From IMG/VR virus record IMGVR_UViG_3300019875_000001, positions 1-53,144 of that record: a stretch of 53,144 nucleotides of DNA; one strand, written 5' to 3'. Under the pieces are notes generated by a model. The model did no database searches, had not been told where the DNA came from, and worked only from the letters and a program-made list of their open reading frames with translations. The stretch is from a virus (Duplodnaviria; Caudoviricetes). Numbering within the stretch: the first letter of the stretch is position 1; each line of letters starts with the position of its first letter. A program made the position numbers and the translations under genes. Below are positions 26,267 to 35,764 of this stretch, piece after piece.

Positions 26267-27766
26267 CTACCATACGGGAGGCTGAGGGAACCCGCTAACC
26301 CCAATAACGAAATAGACCAATGCTCCGATGTAATTGTCATCATTCATTGGGCCGTACGTCGTCGTGGGGTAAGCCGGATCTGGGGTTTGGCTGCCTAGAT
26401 AGAACTGAACAGTAGTCATGCCTATGAGGCTGTTGAGGATTTGACTGTTCCACTCAAAGAAGCCTGTGGCGTCCGTATACCCCAGTAGGCACCCGCCATC
26501 TACTTCATGACCGCTTATCCCTACGGTGGGGCTACACAACACTTCTTCAATCCATGCACCATCAGTGAATCGCATCGCCCGACGCTGTACCCAAACCTGC
26601 TGGTTTGGCCTACCGAATCTGATTCGGAATGTAACAGGGTCACCGACTTGGTAAACGCGCAACGCCATAGTATCCAGGTTTTGCCCAGCCTGCGATAAGG
26701 TGACTCTCGACATGTTCACCTCCCCAGGGTTCAAGGTTGCCGGGGATTCTTTTACATACCCTATGATTTGGTATTGCGGGACTGATATCGTCAAAGCCCC
26801 GAATAGGACAGGAGCGTTAGCCTGATTTTGAGCATTAGCCGCATACCCCCATATATAGCGAGTTCCCGAGAATGAGGGTTTAAAGGTGAGTGTGATAGTG
26901 TGCGTCTTATTTGTGCTGGAGCCAGTCTGGGAGAAGTTCACCTCATCACACTGTGAGTTACCCTGTAGCCCTGTGCTGTAAGGCGCACTCCACCCATTTC
27001 CGGCATCATTAAGCAAAACACCGTCTGGGTTGTCTTGAGGCGCATAAGACCAGCACCCGCCGTTTCCGTTAAACGAATTGGAAGCCGTTATCCCAAATTG
27101 GCTGGAGCCGCCCGTCGCGCCTTGGTAGTTGGTATAGAACGTGAAAGTCTGAGTTGCGCTGTCACCGCCTGGGGTTGGACCCGCCATGGTGATTACTGGA
27201 AGAGGAGGCGCTCCTACAGTAAATGTGCCTACCACAGTCCATGGGTATAATGCCTCGTAGGGAGTCTCGGACATGGTTCCAACATAAGCCCAAATGTATT
27301 TCAGGCCAGTGTTTGACGATGGGAAAGTCACTCCGCTCATCTGAAAAGTAACAAGTCCACCCGATACGGAAGCCTGAACAGCACCAGAATTAAAGGTGCA
27401 AGAGCCGCTACTAGGGGTGATGGATGTCGGCGGGGTGTGGTGAAGCCACGCAGTTGCGCCGCCATGTCCGCCAGTGCTAAGCATGTCGTCATACCCGCCA
27501 TTGTCTTGAGGCAGGCTGTACTTCATGATGCAACTGGAGCCTAGCTGTCCTTGCGGGTTGGTGTTGGAGTTACCAAACATCACGTACAGATGAGCCATGT
27601 GTGCTGTAGTGCCCGTGTTGGACTGTGCATACATGACGAAGCCCATACTCATTGCAGGCTGTGATGTCGGGTTGACTGACACATTGGATATTGTGGCAAA
27701 GCCCTGAACTGCAAACATGCAGCACAGAGCGAATGTAAGTAGAAGTGTCTTTATTTCCGTTTTCAT
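26267..27766 (-). CDS. Exported beta-rich protein with two related domains
   Basis: Signal peptide; two TF.....G..YIW.Y segments; NSQC. Confidence 0.75.
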   Translation of the reverse strand: MKTEIKTLLLTFALCCMFAVQGFATISNVSVNPTSQPAMSMGFVMYAQSNTGTTAHMAHLYVMFGNSNTNPQGQLGSSCIMKYSLPQDNGGYDDMLSTGGHGGATAWLHHTPPTSITPSSGSCTFNSGAVQASVSGGLVTFQMSGVTFPSSNTGLKYIWAYVGTMSETPYEALYPWTVVGTFTVGAPPLPVITMAGPTPGGDSATQTFTFYTNYQGATGGSSQFGITASNSFNGNGGCWSYAPQDNPDGVLLNDAGNGWSAPYSTGLQGNSQCDEVNFSQTGSSTNKTHTITLTFKPSFSGTRYIWGYAANAQNQANAPVLFGALTISVPQYQIIGYVKESPATLNPGEVNMSRVTLSQAGQNLDTMALRVYQVGDPVTFRIRFGRPNQQVWVQRRAMRFTDGAWIEEVLCSPTVGISGHEVDGGCLLGYTDATGFFEWNSQILNSLIGMTTVQFYLGSQTPDPAYPTTTYGPMNDDNYIGALVYFVIGVSGFPQPPVW

Positions 27767-27841
27767 GTGGGTTTCTCTCTTTCCAAACCGTAATAATTAC
27801 ACTGGGGAACCCGTTAGAGTCCCCCAGCACGGGACTACCTA

Positions 27842-28384
27842 CTAAACAACGGGGTTGGGAACGAATTCTCCGAATGAGATCTCGCCCAGTACTGCGCCCT
27901 GATCCGGGTCATACACATCCAGCAAGCCGGTCAGAACGATGTCCTTCTTGCCGTCGCCAAGATCGCTGTCAGCATCGACAGAGATAATGACAGACTGCAC
28001 CGGGGTGTCTTCCGGTACGGCGGCGGTCACGATGCTGCATGTGAGGCCGTCTGATGCGGGTGTCAGGGTTGCGAATTCCGGCGGGTCTGCTGTCCAGACG
28101 GGAGGGCCGTCAGTCCGCCCCTTTCCACCGTTTTTCTTGGTATAGGACACCGTGCCGATGCCCGTTGCGTTCATTGGTACTTTCATTTTGAAGTTATCTC
28201 CTTCTTTCGTGGTGCTGCCAAAGGTTATCCGCAGTGTTCCCTTTTCTGCGGGGGGTAATGTGACAGCTAACAGAATCTCTTCAATCTTTGCGCCTTGATC
28301 TGCTAGGATTGTCTCTAGCTTGTCAAACCGCGCCATTATCCGAGCTTCTGTTCTCTGCATTTCTTCTAGCAACTCAGCGAACAT
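27842..28384 (-). CDS. Coiled-coil plus Ig-like protein
   Basis: N-terminal heptads; DGPPVW...ISVDADSDLGDG. Confidence 0.6.
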   Translation of the reverse strand: MFAELLEEMQRTEARIMARFDKLETILADQGAKIEEILLAVTLPPAEKGTLRITFGSTTKEGDNFKMKVPMNATGIGTVSYTKKNGGKGRTDGPPVWTADPPEFATLTPASDGLTCSIVTAAVPEDTPVQSVIISVDADSDLGDGKKDIVLTGLLDVYDPDQGAVLGEISFGEFVPNPVV

Positions 28385-28404
28385 TCTAATTCACCGCTCC
28401 TATT

Positions 28405-28674
28405 TTACATCACCTTATCAGTCTTACTGCTAACATCGTGTACAGCGTACTTGTCTGCTATACACTGGTCTATATAGTCCGCTAAGGACTTGTCACGGAC
28501 TACAAAGATGTCAAACTCGTGTACGGGTCCAGGCTCTCTCCCCATGGTTATGTTGCGGCGGGCATAAGACACACCCTGTGAAGGCAGAGACATCACCTCG
28601 TGAATGATGCGGTACACCTCTCTACCTAAGTGGGTCAGAGCAGCTAGGGCGTTAGCCTGTTTGGGTGTAATCAT
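28405..28674 (-). CDS. Hypothetical protein
   Basis: Start probably the TAATG overlap inside the palindrome at 28667. Confidence 0.5.
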   Translation of the reverse strand: MITPKQANALAALTHLGREVYRIIHEVMSLPSQGVSYARRNITMGREPGPVHEFDIFVVRDKSLADYIDQCIADKYAVHDVSSKTDKVM

Positions 28675-28898
28675 TACGCTTTTCTCCCCGTGCAGCGTTT
28701 CAGCCGTGAAGCCTCCAGCCAAGCATGACGGGCATTGTCAACCTCTGCCTTACCTGACTTGCCCCAACTGTACTCAACTCTGCGAATGGCGTACTGCTTA
28801 TCCAGTCTCGCCACCTCCAAGCAGTTCTCACACTCCCCGCAATCAGGCTCATGAACCATCTGGAACCGAGCCGCCTTTGCTGCCAGAGAATCGTACAT
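28674..28898 (-). CDS. Hypothetical Cys-containing protein
   Basis: HEPDCGECENC; stop codon inside the palindrome. Confidence 0.5.
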   Translation of the reverse strand: MYDSLAAKAARFQMVHEPDCGECENCLEVARLDKQYAIRRVEYSWGKSGKAEVDNARHAWLEASRLKRCTGRKA

Positions 28899-28899
28899 A

Positions 28900-29277
28900 C
28901 TACCTCCAAATTGATCCGTTAAGCCTCACCAGCCGACTAATGCTATCCCATTTCCTAATTAGCAGCTGTGTGTTGCTGAGGTTGAAGACGTAGGTGTACA
29001 TGTCCCCATCATCCACGGGTCCAGTATGCACCAGTAAGTTATGGGTCACCATCACTAAAGGGTCAGGCACGATAGCCACCAAGCTGTGTGTGATGTCAGT
29101 TATCTCTCCGCTCTGAGCCGTGTAGGAGGATTCTAGCAGCACTCCATGAGGTATCCTGCCCTGACACAGAGCCGGGATGATGACGGAGTGCGGGGTGTAT
29201 AGCTTGAAGGGGAGATGCTCAAGCCAGACTACCTCTTTGTTGCCTTCTCTGTCCATGCTGGATAGTTTATGTAGCAT
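28900..29277 (-). CDS. Degenerate dUTPase-fold protein
   Basis: LYTPHSVIIP...PHGV and VFNLS....IRKWDSISRLV resemble the trimeric dUTPase scaffold; catalytic motifs not seen. Confidence 0.4.
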   Translation of the reverse strand: MLHKLSSMDREGNKEVVWLEHLPFKLYTPHSVIIPALCQGRIPHGVLLESSYTAQSGEITDITHSLVAIVPDPLVMVTHNLLVHTGPVDDGDMYTYVFNLSNTQLLIRKWDSISRLVRLNGSIWR

Positions 29278-29290
29278 AAAAGTGTAATGA

Positions 29291-29977
29291 TTACGGTTTG
29301 TAGAGGCCGACGTTGAAGTGTTTGCCACCAGGGGATACGGATTCAGTCCAACCGACCACGTTGAGTCCGATAAAGTTGAACAGGGAGCGCAGTTCATAGT
29401 CCGAGTAGTGCCAGATGTGCTCATCGTGCCACGGAGCATTAGCGTGTTTGGCCTCATCGTAGGAGGGCATTGCACCAATCTCTTTGTAGCGGTGGGTGAT
29501 CGCGCCCCAGCTATCCCGATTGGGAGTAGACAGGTACATGATTCCACCATGCCGTAGAGATGCGGCAATCTTTGTCAAGGTCTGGAGCGGGTGAAAGTTG
29601 AGGTGTTCCAGTACCTCAGTCATGATTACCGTGTCATAGGTGTCAGGTGCTAGTGTTGGGCAGTTACGCTCAATATCACCCTCTAGCGCAATCAGGTGGA
29701 AAGTGTCAATCACCTCCAGACTCATGAAGGGCACGCGGTCTAGTGTGGTCACCGACTTTGCATTCAGCGAGGATGCCAAGCACGCCAGAGTACCGTAGGC
29801 GGGGCCAATATCCAGCACGTCTCCCAGCTTGTGGGATTGCTTCCACATCCACCACGGGATAGCCCCCACGTACCCAGCCTCCTCACCAGAGTATCTAGTG
29901 GTGTAGTAGTTATCTGGGCCGTAGAGGGCGACTAGCTTCTGTTGCACTGGTGCCAAGATCGAATGGGTCTTACTCAT
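29291..29977 (-). CDS. Class I SAM-dependent methyltransferase
   Basis: VLDIGPAYG, YDTVIMTEVLEHL, L..GG..YLSTPN. Confidence 0.85.
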   Translation of the reverse strand: MSKTHSILAPVQQKLVALYGPDNYYTTRYSGEEAGYVGAIPWWMWKQSHKLGDVLDIGPAYGTLACLASSLNAKSVTTLDRVPFMSLEVIDTFHLIALEGDIERNCPTLAPDTYDTVIMTEVLEHLNFHPLQTLTKIAASLRHGGIMYLSTPNRDSWGAITHRYKEIGAMPSYDEAKHANAPWHDEHIWHYSDYELRSLFNFIGLNVVGWTESVSPGGKHFNVGLYKP

Positions 29978-30171
29978 TGCAAGTCGAGTGTCCTTTGATT
30001 GGGGTCTACAGTGGGCATGTTCACCACTGTGATACTACTGATCTCGGCATCCGTGATTGGTCCTGTAACGCGGGTGTGAATAGCCTGCTTGATGTAGTCA
30101 TCCGTCCAGTAGTCTGGGATGGACAACTCGTAACTAACTGTCACTTTTCGGTTCTGTTGTGGTTCCGACAT
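29974..30171 (-). CDS. Hypothetical protein
   Basis: Overlapping ORF in the operon. Confidence 0.45.
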   Translation of the reverse strand: MSEPQQNRKVTVSYELSIPDYWTDDYIKQAIHTRVTGPITDAEISSITVVNMPTVDPNQRTLDLQ

Positions 30172-30430
30172 AGCTTGTATCCTTTGGTTGGAGAACGTCT
30201 GGCAGTGTTGGGGCCAATCCAGCCCGTTGGAGTAGCAGATAGTTCACATCAATGACGTGAGCCCTGCAAGACCTTAGAGTTAGTGTGGGCGAGGAGAATG
30301 TCTCTCTGCCCATGTGACCCACTGGCCCTGGTTCGGCTGGATCGTTGTAAGTGAGCCAAAACTCTACCGGAGCCTCACACAGGGTGCATTTGCTTGGGGT
30401 AGCTTTCCGAATCTTGATTGATTTCTCCAT
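30134..30430 (-). CDS. Hypothetical Zn-binding protein
   Basis: CTLC...CRAH. Confidence 0.5.
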   Translation of the reverse strand: MEKSIKIRKATPSKCTLCEAPVEFWLTYNDPAEPGPVGHMGRETFSSPTLTLRSCRAHVIDVNYLLLQRAGLAPTLPDVLQPKDTSYVGTTTEPKSDS

Positions 30431-30475
30431 AAGTGTAATTATTACGCTCAGTCCAGAATGGGTGTCACCTCTCCG

Positions 30476-30976
30476 CTAAGTGGTGGACTCATCATCCGGT
30501 GCATCCTCCTTGGTGATGCGCAGAGTGTAGGATGCCGCTTCGGTGTAGCAAGCATTAATGGTCGTGATGGGCACACCAGCCGCTAGGAGTTTGGCGGGGT
30601 CCAGGACCTTGCGAGGGGCATTGTAGTAGTTAATGCGGTAGTCACCCAGCAGAGCCTTACCGATCTTGTACTTGCCGATAACGACCTTGATGGACTCAGT
30701 GAGCTTTTTCTTCTCCTTGTCCAAGGGCCGTATGATCTCGCCAATCTCACCGTGGCGGGTTACCATGCGGGCAAGCTCAAAGCGTTTCTTGGCGTCAGGT
30801 ATCACCGTGGCGTCAATGACTGGGATAACCTCCTCCTCTTTCTCTGGCGGGGCCTCAGGGGCCTCAGCCGCTTGAGGAATCATGGAAGGTGCCTCAATAT
30901 TAGCAATCGCCTGAATTCTCTCCCGTATGCTCAGTACTTTCGGCTTCTCAGCCAAGTGTTTGTTAAAGTCCACCAT
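30476..30976 (-). CDS. Hypothetical protein
   Basis: GGAGG SD downstream of a strong promoter. Confidence 0.65.
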   Translation of the reverse strand: MVDFNKHLAEKPKVLSIRERIQAIANIEAPSMIPQAAEAPEAPPEKEEEVIPVIDATVIPDAKKRFELARMVTRHGEIGEIIRPLDKEKKKLTESIKVVIGKYKIGKALLGDYRINYYNAPRKVLDPAKLLAAGVPITTINACYTEAASYTLRITKEDAPDDESTT

Positions 30977-30997
30977 AACGTAAATGCCTCCATTACA

Positions 30998-31026
30998 AGT
31001 ATAGCAACCTTGTGTCTGATTGTCAA
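30998..31026 (-). promoter_or_regulatory. Sigma70 promoter
   Basis: TTGACA-17 nt-TATACT. Confidence 0.8.
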
Positions 31027-31209
31027 TAGGTACCCAAAATAGTGTTCTGGGGTTTTTCAGAACGGGCTACTTGGATTTCTCGGATTTAGAATCCGATTTA
31101 GTTTCGGTATTAGGTGCCAGAGCCTTCTGCAATGCATAATAGAGATCTAGCAGATACCGGATGTCGTGCGGGCCTTCCTGATTGTTTGGTGTGCTCATAA
31201 CTGTAATTA

Positions 31210-31491
31210 TTACGCTTCCTCTATAGTGATATCAAAGCAGCTGAGATCCACGGATGGCCGCACCCAGTAGAACATTTCATACTGCCCTATAGGTGTACGC
31301 CTGTAGTAATTTCTACGCTTGGGTGACACTTGGGCACAGGCCTTAAATGGCTTGGTCCGGTTGAGCACAAAGATATAGGTCAGTCCTGCCAGTTTCCATT
31401 CCTTCCTGTACCATCCCCAGGGAGGCTCACAACCCTCAGGAATGGTAGGTAGATGCATAAGTTCCATTGTCATTTTGGTAGATCCCCCCAC
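31210..31491 (-). CDS. Hypothetical protein
   Basis: Overlaps the polymerase stop; its own stop lies in the palindrome. Confidence 0.5.
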   Translation of the reverse strand: MGGSTKMTMELMHLPTIPEGCEPPWGWYRKEWKLAGLTYIFVLNRTKPFKACAQVSPKRRNYYRRTPIGQYEMFYWVRPSVDLSCFDITIEEA

Positions 31492-32963
31492 GTGTCAGCA
31501 GTAACACCAGATGCTACAAGCGGCACGCCCTCATTCAACCGACATACGTTCTCCATGCGGTACACCATCATTGCGGTCACCTCTTCCACATACTCATCTC
31601 TAACCTCGAACAGTAGCTCATCGTGAATCTGTAACTCAGGGTTGCAGATGTCGCCGTACAGCCCAGCCATCACAAAGTCATCGTCAATAGCTGCCATGGC
31701 CAGCTTGATCACGCCTTGTGCCCCACCCTGCATTGGCAGGTTAGACCCCTCACGCAGAGCCCCCATCACTACCCACTCCAGCACTGATCGTGCCGCAGTA
31801 ATGTGTTGTCCACGTCCCCAGCTATCGCACATGGTAGCCGTGCGCCGCATATAGCGGTGATCCTCCATCCGCATTTTCAGGAGTTCTGAGTAGCGTATGT
31901 AAAAAGCGTTAATGATGTCTTGGCACTTGTTCTCTATCCAGAGCGGTCGGAACTTAACACAATTGTGGGCAAAGCAATCTTCCGGTACATTATGGGCCTT
32001 GCCCTCATCGCATTTGCTACACACTGCTGGCCTATTGCAGCCAGCGCAGATGACAGGCATTTGCTCTTGTAGTCCACTGGCCGTAACATCGTAGATAGAA
32101 GCAAGAACGCATGTTTTGGCGGGCCTTCTGTGGTCAGTCTTAGAGACTCCAGGGTAGTGCCAACCCTCAGAATCACGATAGCGTTTATCGGGGATCTTGA
32201 ATGCCGAGGTTGCGAAGTCACTGTAAATATCCTCCTGGTTAATGTAAACATTACACAAATTGGTATCACGGCTACGGTGCGCTGCCCAGCGTGGCTCAAT
32301 CTGGGATAGATCAACTGATACCTTCTTGTATCCCTTAGCCGCAGGGAATCCACATCTCACTTGACGCCCGCGCTCTGTACGAGACGGCATAGCAAGTAGG
32401 TTAGGGTCCACACAGGATAGACGTCCAGAGGGCACCCTAGTGTTCCTGAAGTTAGGGAACATGCGCCATACCCCATTGACCTTGCGGGCCAGTTTGGGCA
32501 TGGGATCTACGTAGGTGCCTTTAAGCTTCTCGTACTCTTTGTATTCCAGACACTTGCCCACTACTGGATGCTCATGCTGGATAGCAGTGAGCACCTCATC
32601 CTCAACGCTCTCACGTGAGCCTGAGTCAGTGAACTTAATCTTGGCTTGCTTGAGGCCCATCTTTTTGAATAGGAGATCGGCCACCTGATCCCCTGAACCG
32701 GGGTTAATATGGCACCCGCTGAGAGTGTAGATCTCTTCTGTCACCCTCTCCATGTCGCGGCCAAGTGTCACACCCATTGAGGCAAAATGACTCAGGTCTA
32801 TTTCCAGGCCACGCTGAGCCATGCGCTTGATCATGGGCATAGCACCGGCGTCTATCTTGTACACGTTCTTAGGGAATAGACCACTACGCTCAGGCAGTAG
32901 GCGCACGCCGTTATAGCATCTCTGGAATTTGGGTCCTGATGACTTCGAGATAAGCGTAATCAT
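31470..32963 (-). CDS. polA: Family A DNA polymerase, polymerase domain only
   Basis: SGRLS..PNL..P; motif A VDLSQIEPR; motif B RRPAKTCVLASIY; NLPMQG; motif C QIHDELLFE. Confidence 0.92.
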   Translation of the reverse strand: MITLISKSSGPKFQRCYNGVRLLPERSGLFPKNVYKIDAGAMPMIKRMAQRGLEIDLSHFASMGVTLGRDMERVTEEIYTLSGCHINPGSGDQVADLLFKKMGLKQAKIKFTDSGSRESVEDEVLTAIQHEHPVVGKCLEYKEYEKLKGTYVDPMPKLARKVNGVWRMFPNFRNTRVPSGRLSCVDPNLLAMPSRTERGRQVRCGFPAAKGYKKVSVDLSQIEPRWAAHRSRDTNLCNVYINQEDIYSDFATSAFKIPDKRYRDSEGWHYPGVSKTDHRRPAKTCVLASIYDVTASGLQEQMPVICAGCNRPAVCSKCDEGKAHNVPEDCFAHNCVKFRPLWIENKCQDIINAFYIRYSELLKMRMEDHRYMRRTATMCDSWGRGQHITAARSVLEWVVMGALREGSNLPMQGGAQGVIKLAMAAIDDDFVMAGLYGDICNPELQIHDELLFEVRDEYVEEVTAMMVYRMENVCRLNEGVPLVASGVTADTWGDLPK

Positions 32964-33157
32964 TACGGTTCTAGATCCGCCAGAATTTGCACCATCAGCT
33001 TCTCTGGGTGAGCAGATAGGAACCTGCCGCAGTGTAGTTTCCCACAGTCATGGCAGGTGTACTCGATTCTGAACATGTGACCATGTATGGCAGCTAAACG
33101 CTGGGCAGTGATCATACCTAGCCAAGCCTCATGAGGTACCAGGATTCGCATTATCAT
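32963..33157 (-). CDS. Small hypothetical protein
   Basis: CHDC..HC; TAATG-coupled to polA. Confidence 0.5.
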   Translation of the reverse strand: MIMRILVPHEAWLGMITAQRLAAIHGHMFRIEYTCHDCGKLHCGRFLSAHPEKLMVQILADLEP

Positions 33158-33591
33158 CTCTCTATCTCCAGGTAGCCCATCCCAGGACTCCAGTTAAGTG
33201 GACGCCAGTGAATGGTAAGCAAGAGGGGCTCAGGCACATGTACACCCTTCTGACGACCAGCCTCTTGGATTAGACGCCAGTCCTTAGGCTGGAACCAGTC
33301 AGTGAACTTGTATCTCTTTTGGTGGTCAACGCACAGGCCATTACCGATAAGATAAGTGGGCTTGTTAGTCTGGACGAGGTTGTTCACGCACGCTTTGTAC
33401 TCTGCTGTCATCGTCTCGTAAGCTGCAATCACCTTGCTGCGGTCAAGCTGTGCCCGCGTCATATAATCCGGGTTGTTGATCAACTCACGCACGATGCTAG
33501 GCTGGTGCAGTCCCACAGTGCGGTATGTGGGAACACAGATAACAGGGACTACGCTAGCTTGTAGTCGGCAGAGCGGGTAGGTGCAAAGCAT
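33154..33591 (-). CDS. Hypothetical protein
   Basis: GGAG SD; CTYPLC...CVDH. Confidence 0.55.
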   Translation of the reverse strand: MLCTYPLCRLQASVVPVICVPTYRTVGLHQPSIVRELINNPDYMTRAQLDRSKVIAAYETMTAEYKACVNNLVQTNKPTYLIGNGLCVDHQKRYKFTDWFQPKDWRLIQEAGRQKGVHVPEPLLLTIHWRPLNWSPGMGYLEIER

Positions 33592-33717
33592 TAGCTCTCC
33601 TTCACATCACGCTCAAGCTGTTTAATAAACACATCAGCCTGGGTATAGCACTGAGTTGTATCCCAAGTGCTGAATCTGATCTTGAATACGACCGCTAGAA
33701 TACTGCGGATGTAGGGT

Positions 33718-34029
33718 CTACCCTGCTTTAACGTTTCCAAGTCCACTTCTTTGTTCGTAGGCACTTTGTGGCTCCTTCTTAACCGTAATAATTACGCTTT
33801 CTGCTGCTTTTACATCAGCCTCTAGCTTCTCCCAGCTAAGAGACTCCTTACCATCCCACCCGAGAGGGCCAAGAGTGTATAGGTTGAAGCCTGTAGTGTG
33901 GATGATGGGATATAGTAGGCCCATCTTGCGCAGACGATACCAACGGCTGATGATGTCGATCTCATCCTTGCCCCACTCCCCAGTTAAGATGTGTCCTGGT
34001 GTGTGCTTCATCATGCTGCGTCCCTCCAT
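33718..34029 (-). CDS. Hypothetical protein
   Basis: ORF in the operon; true start probably near 34014. Confidence 0.5.
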   Translation of the reverse strand: MEGRSMMKHTPGHILTGEWGKDEIDIISRWYRLRKMGLLYPIIHTTGFNLYTLGPLGWDGKESLSWEKLEADVKAAESVIITVKKEPQSAYEQRSGLGNVKAG

Positions 34030-35384
34030 TCCTCCTGTGGTTTACGCCTTACAACTCGCTCCATCCCCCTGATGATAGGTACCAGACGCAGAGTAGCGTC
34101 CGCGTCACGGCACGCATAGTAAAGCGCCTCAGAGTGCGGGGCATGGGTGATACACTTCCCAGGCCAAGGCCCCTGCACAGCCTGTACTTCCTCTTGGTGC
34201 TCTGTCCAGTTCTTAGTCCACTGCTCAAATACTTCCTTGTCGGGATTCTTACTGTAGTTGGTCCAGAATGTCTTGAGCTTGGTCTTGAAGCCATGTGGCT
34301 TGTACAGCTTCCAGCCTCCCTTGTCAGTCCTCAATAACTGCTCATCTGGCTTACTCCAGTCTTCACACATGGCATTGCGGTAATAGTCCAGTACGATCGG
34401 ACGGCTATAGGGAGTCACTAGATCATCAAAGTCCTGCATTTTCATGCCAAGCTCACGCCATGCCAGAGCCTTCAGCCCTTGGGGGAGATTACCCAGATGA
34501 AACACTTTAACCATAGTGTCAACAATCCGGCGATAATCGAACCTAAGCCCCATCTCTTCAACCACCTCCCCATCAAAGAGCCAGTTGTGGAAGTAGATGT
34601 CTCCTTTCCAGACGTCAAGCCACTCTTGATATCTATCCAGAGCCACACGATTCTCCACACGTATAAGACGCCCAGTACCAGGACGGACAGAGAAAGTAAT
34701 GCAATGAGGAGCGCCGCCGCGACGAGTCTCGGTATCATCTGCCATAGGACCGAGAGAGTATCCTCCCAAATAATCATCGACATCTTGAGCACTTTCACAC
34801 TCCTGGTAATCTGGGTTAGGGTACTGATCGGTGGGCAGAGTCAGGGTGCCCGCCATCATCTTGCGCAGCTTAGCCCAATCAGTACGGATCTGTAGCATTT
34901 TCTTGGGCTCGTGGATACCACCAGCTGGGTGCCACATAGGGTAGGCCATTCCAAATTGAGTCTGGTAGGGCTGACCATGATGCATATCAAGGTTTATGTC
35001 CTTGTCTAGAGCTAGACATGCAAATGCGCCCATGGGCACAAGTAGCTTAGGCTGATTGTGCTGTATCTCAGGGTACAAGTGATGCTCAGCGCAAGAAAAT
35101 AGCAGATCCTTATGGGGCTGCTTGTCCATTTTGAGCTTGTGTTTAGGCGTGTCTGGGTAGCACTGGATAGCATTGACTACCCTCACGTTAGGCCTACGAA
35201 TGCCAGCTAAGGGCATGTAATGGCCGTCCACTTCCTTACCTGTGGGTCCTATAAACACCTGACCCTTCTGTTCCTCCCTGGGACCAGGGGCCTCCCCGAT
35301 CCATAAACCGTAATTATTACGCTCTGGGCCTGAGCCTTTGATGCATTTATACGTGCCGGGGCACATGGCGCAGCGGTCGCTCAA
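34011..35384 (-). CDS. Family-4 uracil-DNA glycosylase fused to a PolA-type 3'-5' exonuclease
   Basis: C..C, IGEAPG..E...G..FIGP.G, N...C, HP; then DTET (ExoI), HN..FD (ExoII), YAC.DAD (ExoIII). Confidence 0.85.
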   Translation of the reverse strand: MSDRCAMCPGTYKCIKGSGPERNNYGLWIGEAPGPREEQKGQVFIGPTGKEVDGHYMPLAGIRRPNVRVVNAIQCYPDTPKHKLKMDKQPHKDLLFSCAEHHLYPEIQHNQPKLLVPMGAFACLALDKDINLDMHHGQPYQTQFGMAYPMWHPAGGIHEPKKMLQIRTDWAKLRKMMAGTLTLPTDQYPNPDYQECESAQDVDDYLGGYSLGPMADDTETRRGGAPHCITFSVRPGTGRLIRVENRVALDRYQEWLDVWKGDIYFHNWLFDGEVVEEMGLRFDYRRIVDTMVKVFHLGNLPQGLKALAWRELGMKMQDFDDLVTPYSRPIVLDYYRNAMCEDWSKPDEQLLRTDKGGWKLYKPHGFKTKLKTFWTNYSKNPDKEVFEQWTKNWTEHQEEVQAVQGPWPGKCITHAPHSEALYYACRDADATLRLVPIIRGMERVVRRKPQEEWRDAA

Positions 35385-35764
35385 ACTCTTACCTCCGAGA
35401 CGTACACCTTAAGCTGTTTAGCCGTGGCCGTCTGTATCATGTGATAAGTGCCTGTACTCTTCCCATCCCACACTGCAACCAGAGCATGTGCATAAGCTGC
35501 CATCTCTGTGTTGCGTTTGACTCCAGCAGCAATCCCAAACTTTGTCCAATCAGCGGGGAACACCTTAAGGCCGTATCTGAACTCAACTGATAATCTCTCT
35601 CCCAGCCGGTCAACATTATCCACCCAGATCCCGTTGACATTGCTGCGGGCAGCGTGCCCTGATACGATCTCAGTCACCTGTAGAGCCCAGCCGGATAGTA
35701 TGAATGCACGCACTACCAGCCGGTAGTCGGTAATCGTTCTGCTGCCCGCAATGATGCACTTCAT
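35381..35764 (-). CDS. YspA/DUF2493-like SLOG-family protein
   Basis: IIAGSR, IVSG.A, D.LGE, PADW..G.AAG..RN.EMA, WDGKS.GT.HMI. Confidence 0.8.
   Translation of the reverse strand: MKCIIAGSRTITDYRLVVRAFILSGWALQVTEIVSGHAARSNVNGIWVDNVDRLGERLSVEFRYGLKVFPADWTKFGIAAGVKRNTEMAAYAHALVAVWDGKSTGTYHMIQTATAKQLKVYVSEVRV

Noticed and set aside
32964-34010. Intron or intein splitting polA
   Set aside because: The gap is filled with coupled small ORFs; no homing endonuclease or splicing motifs seen
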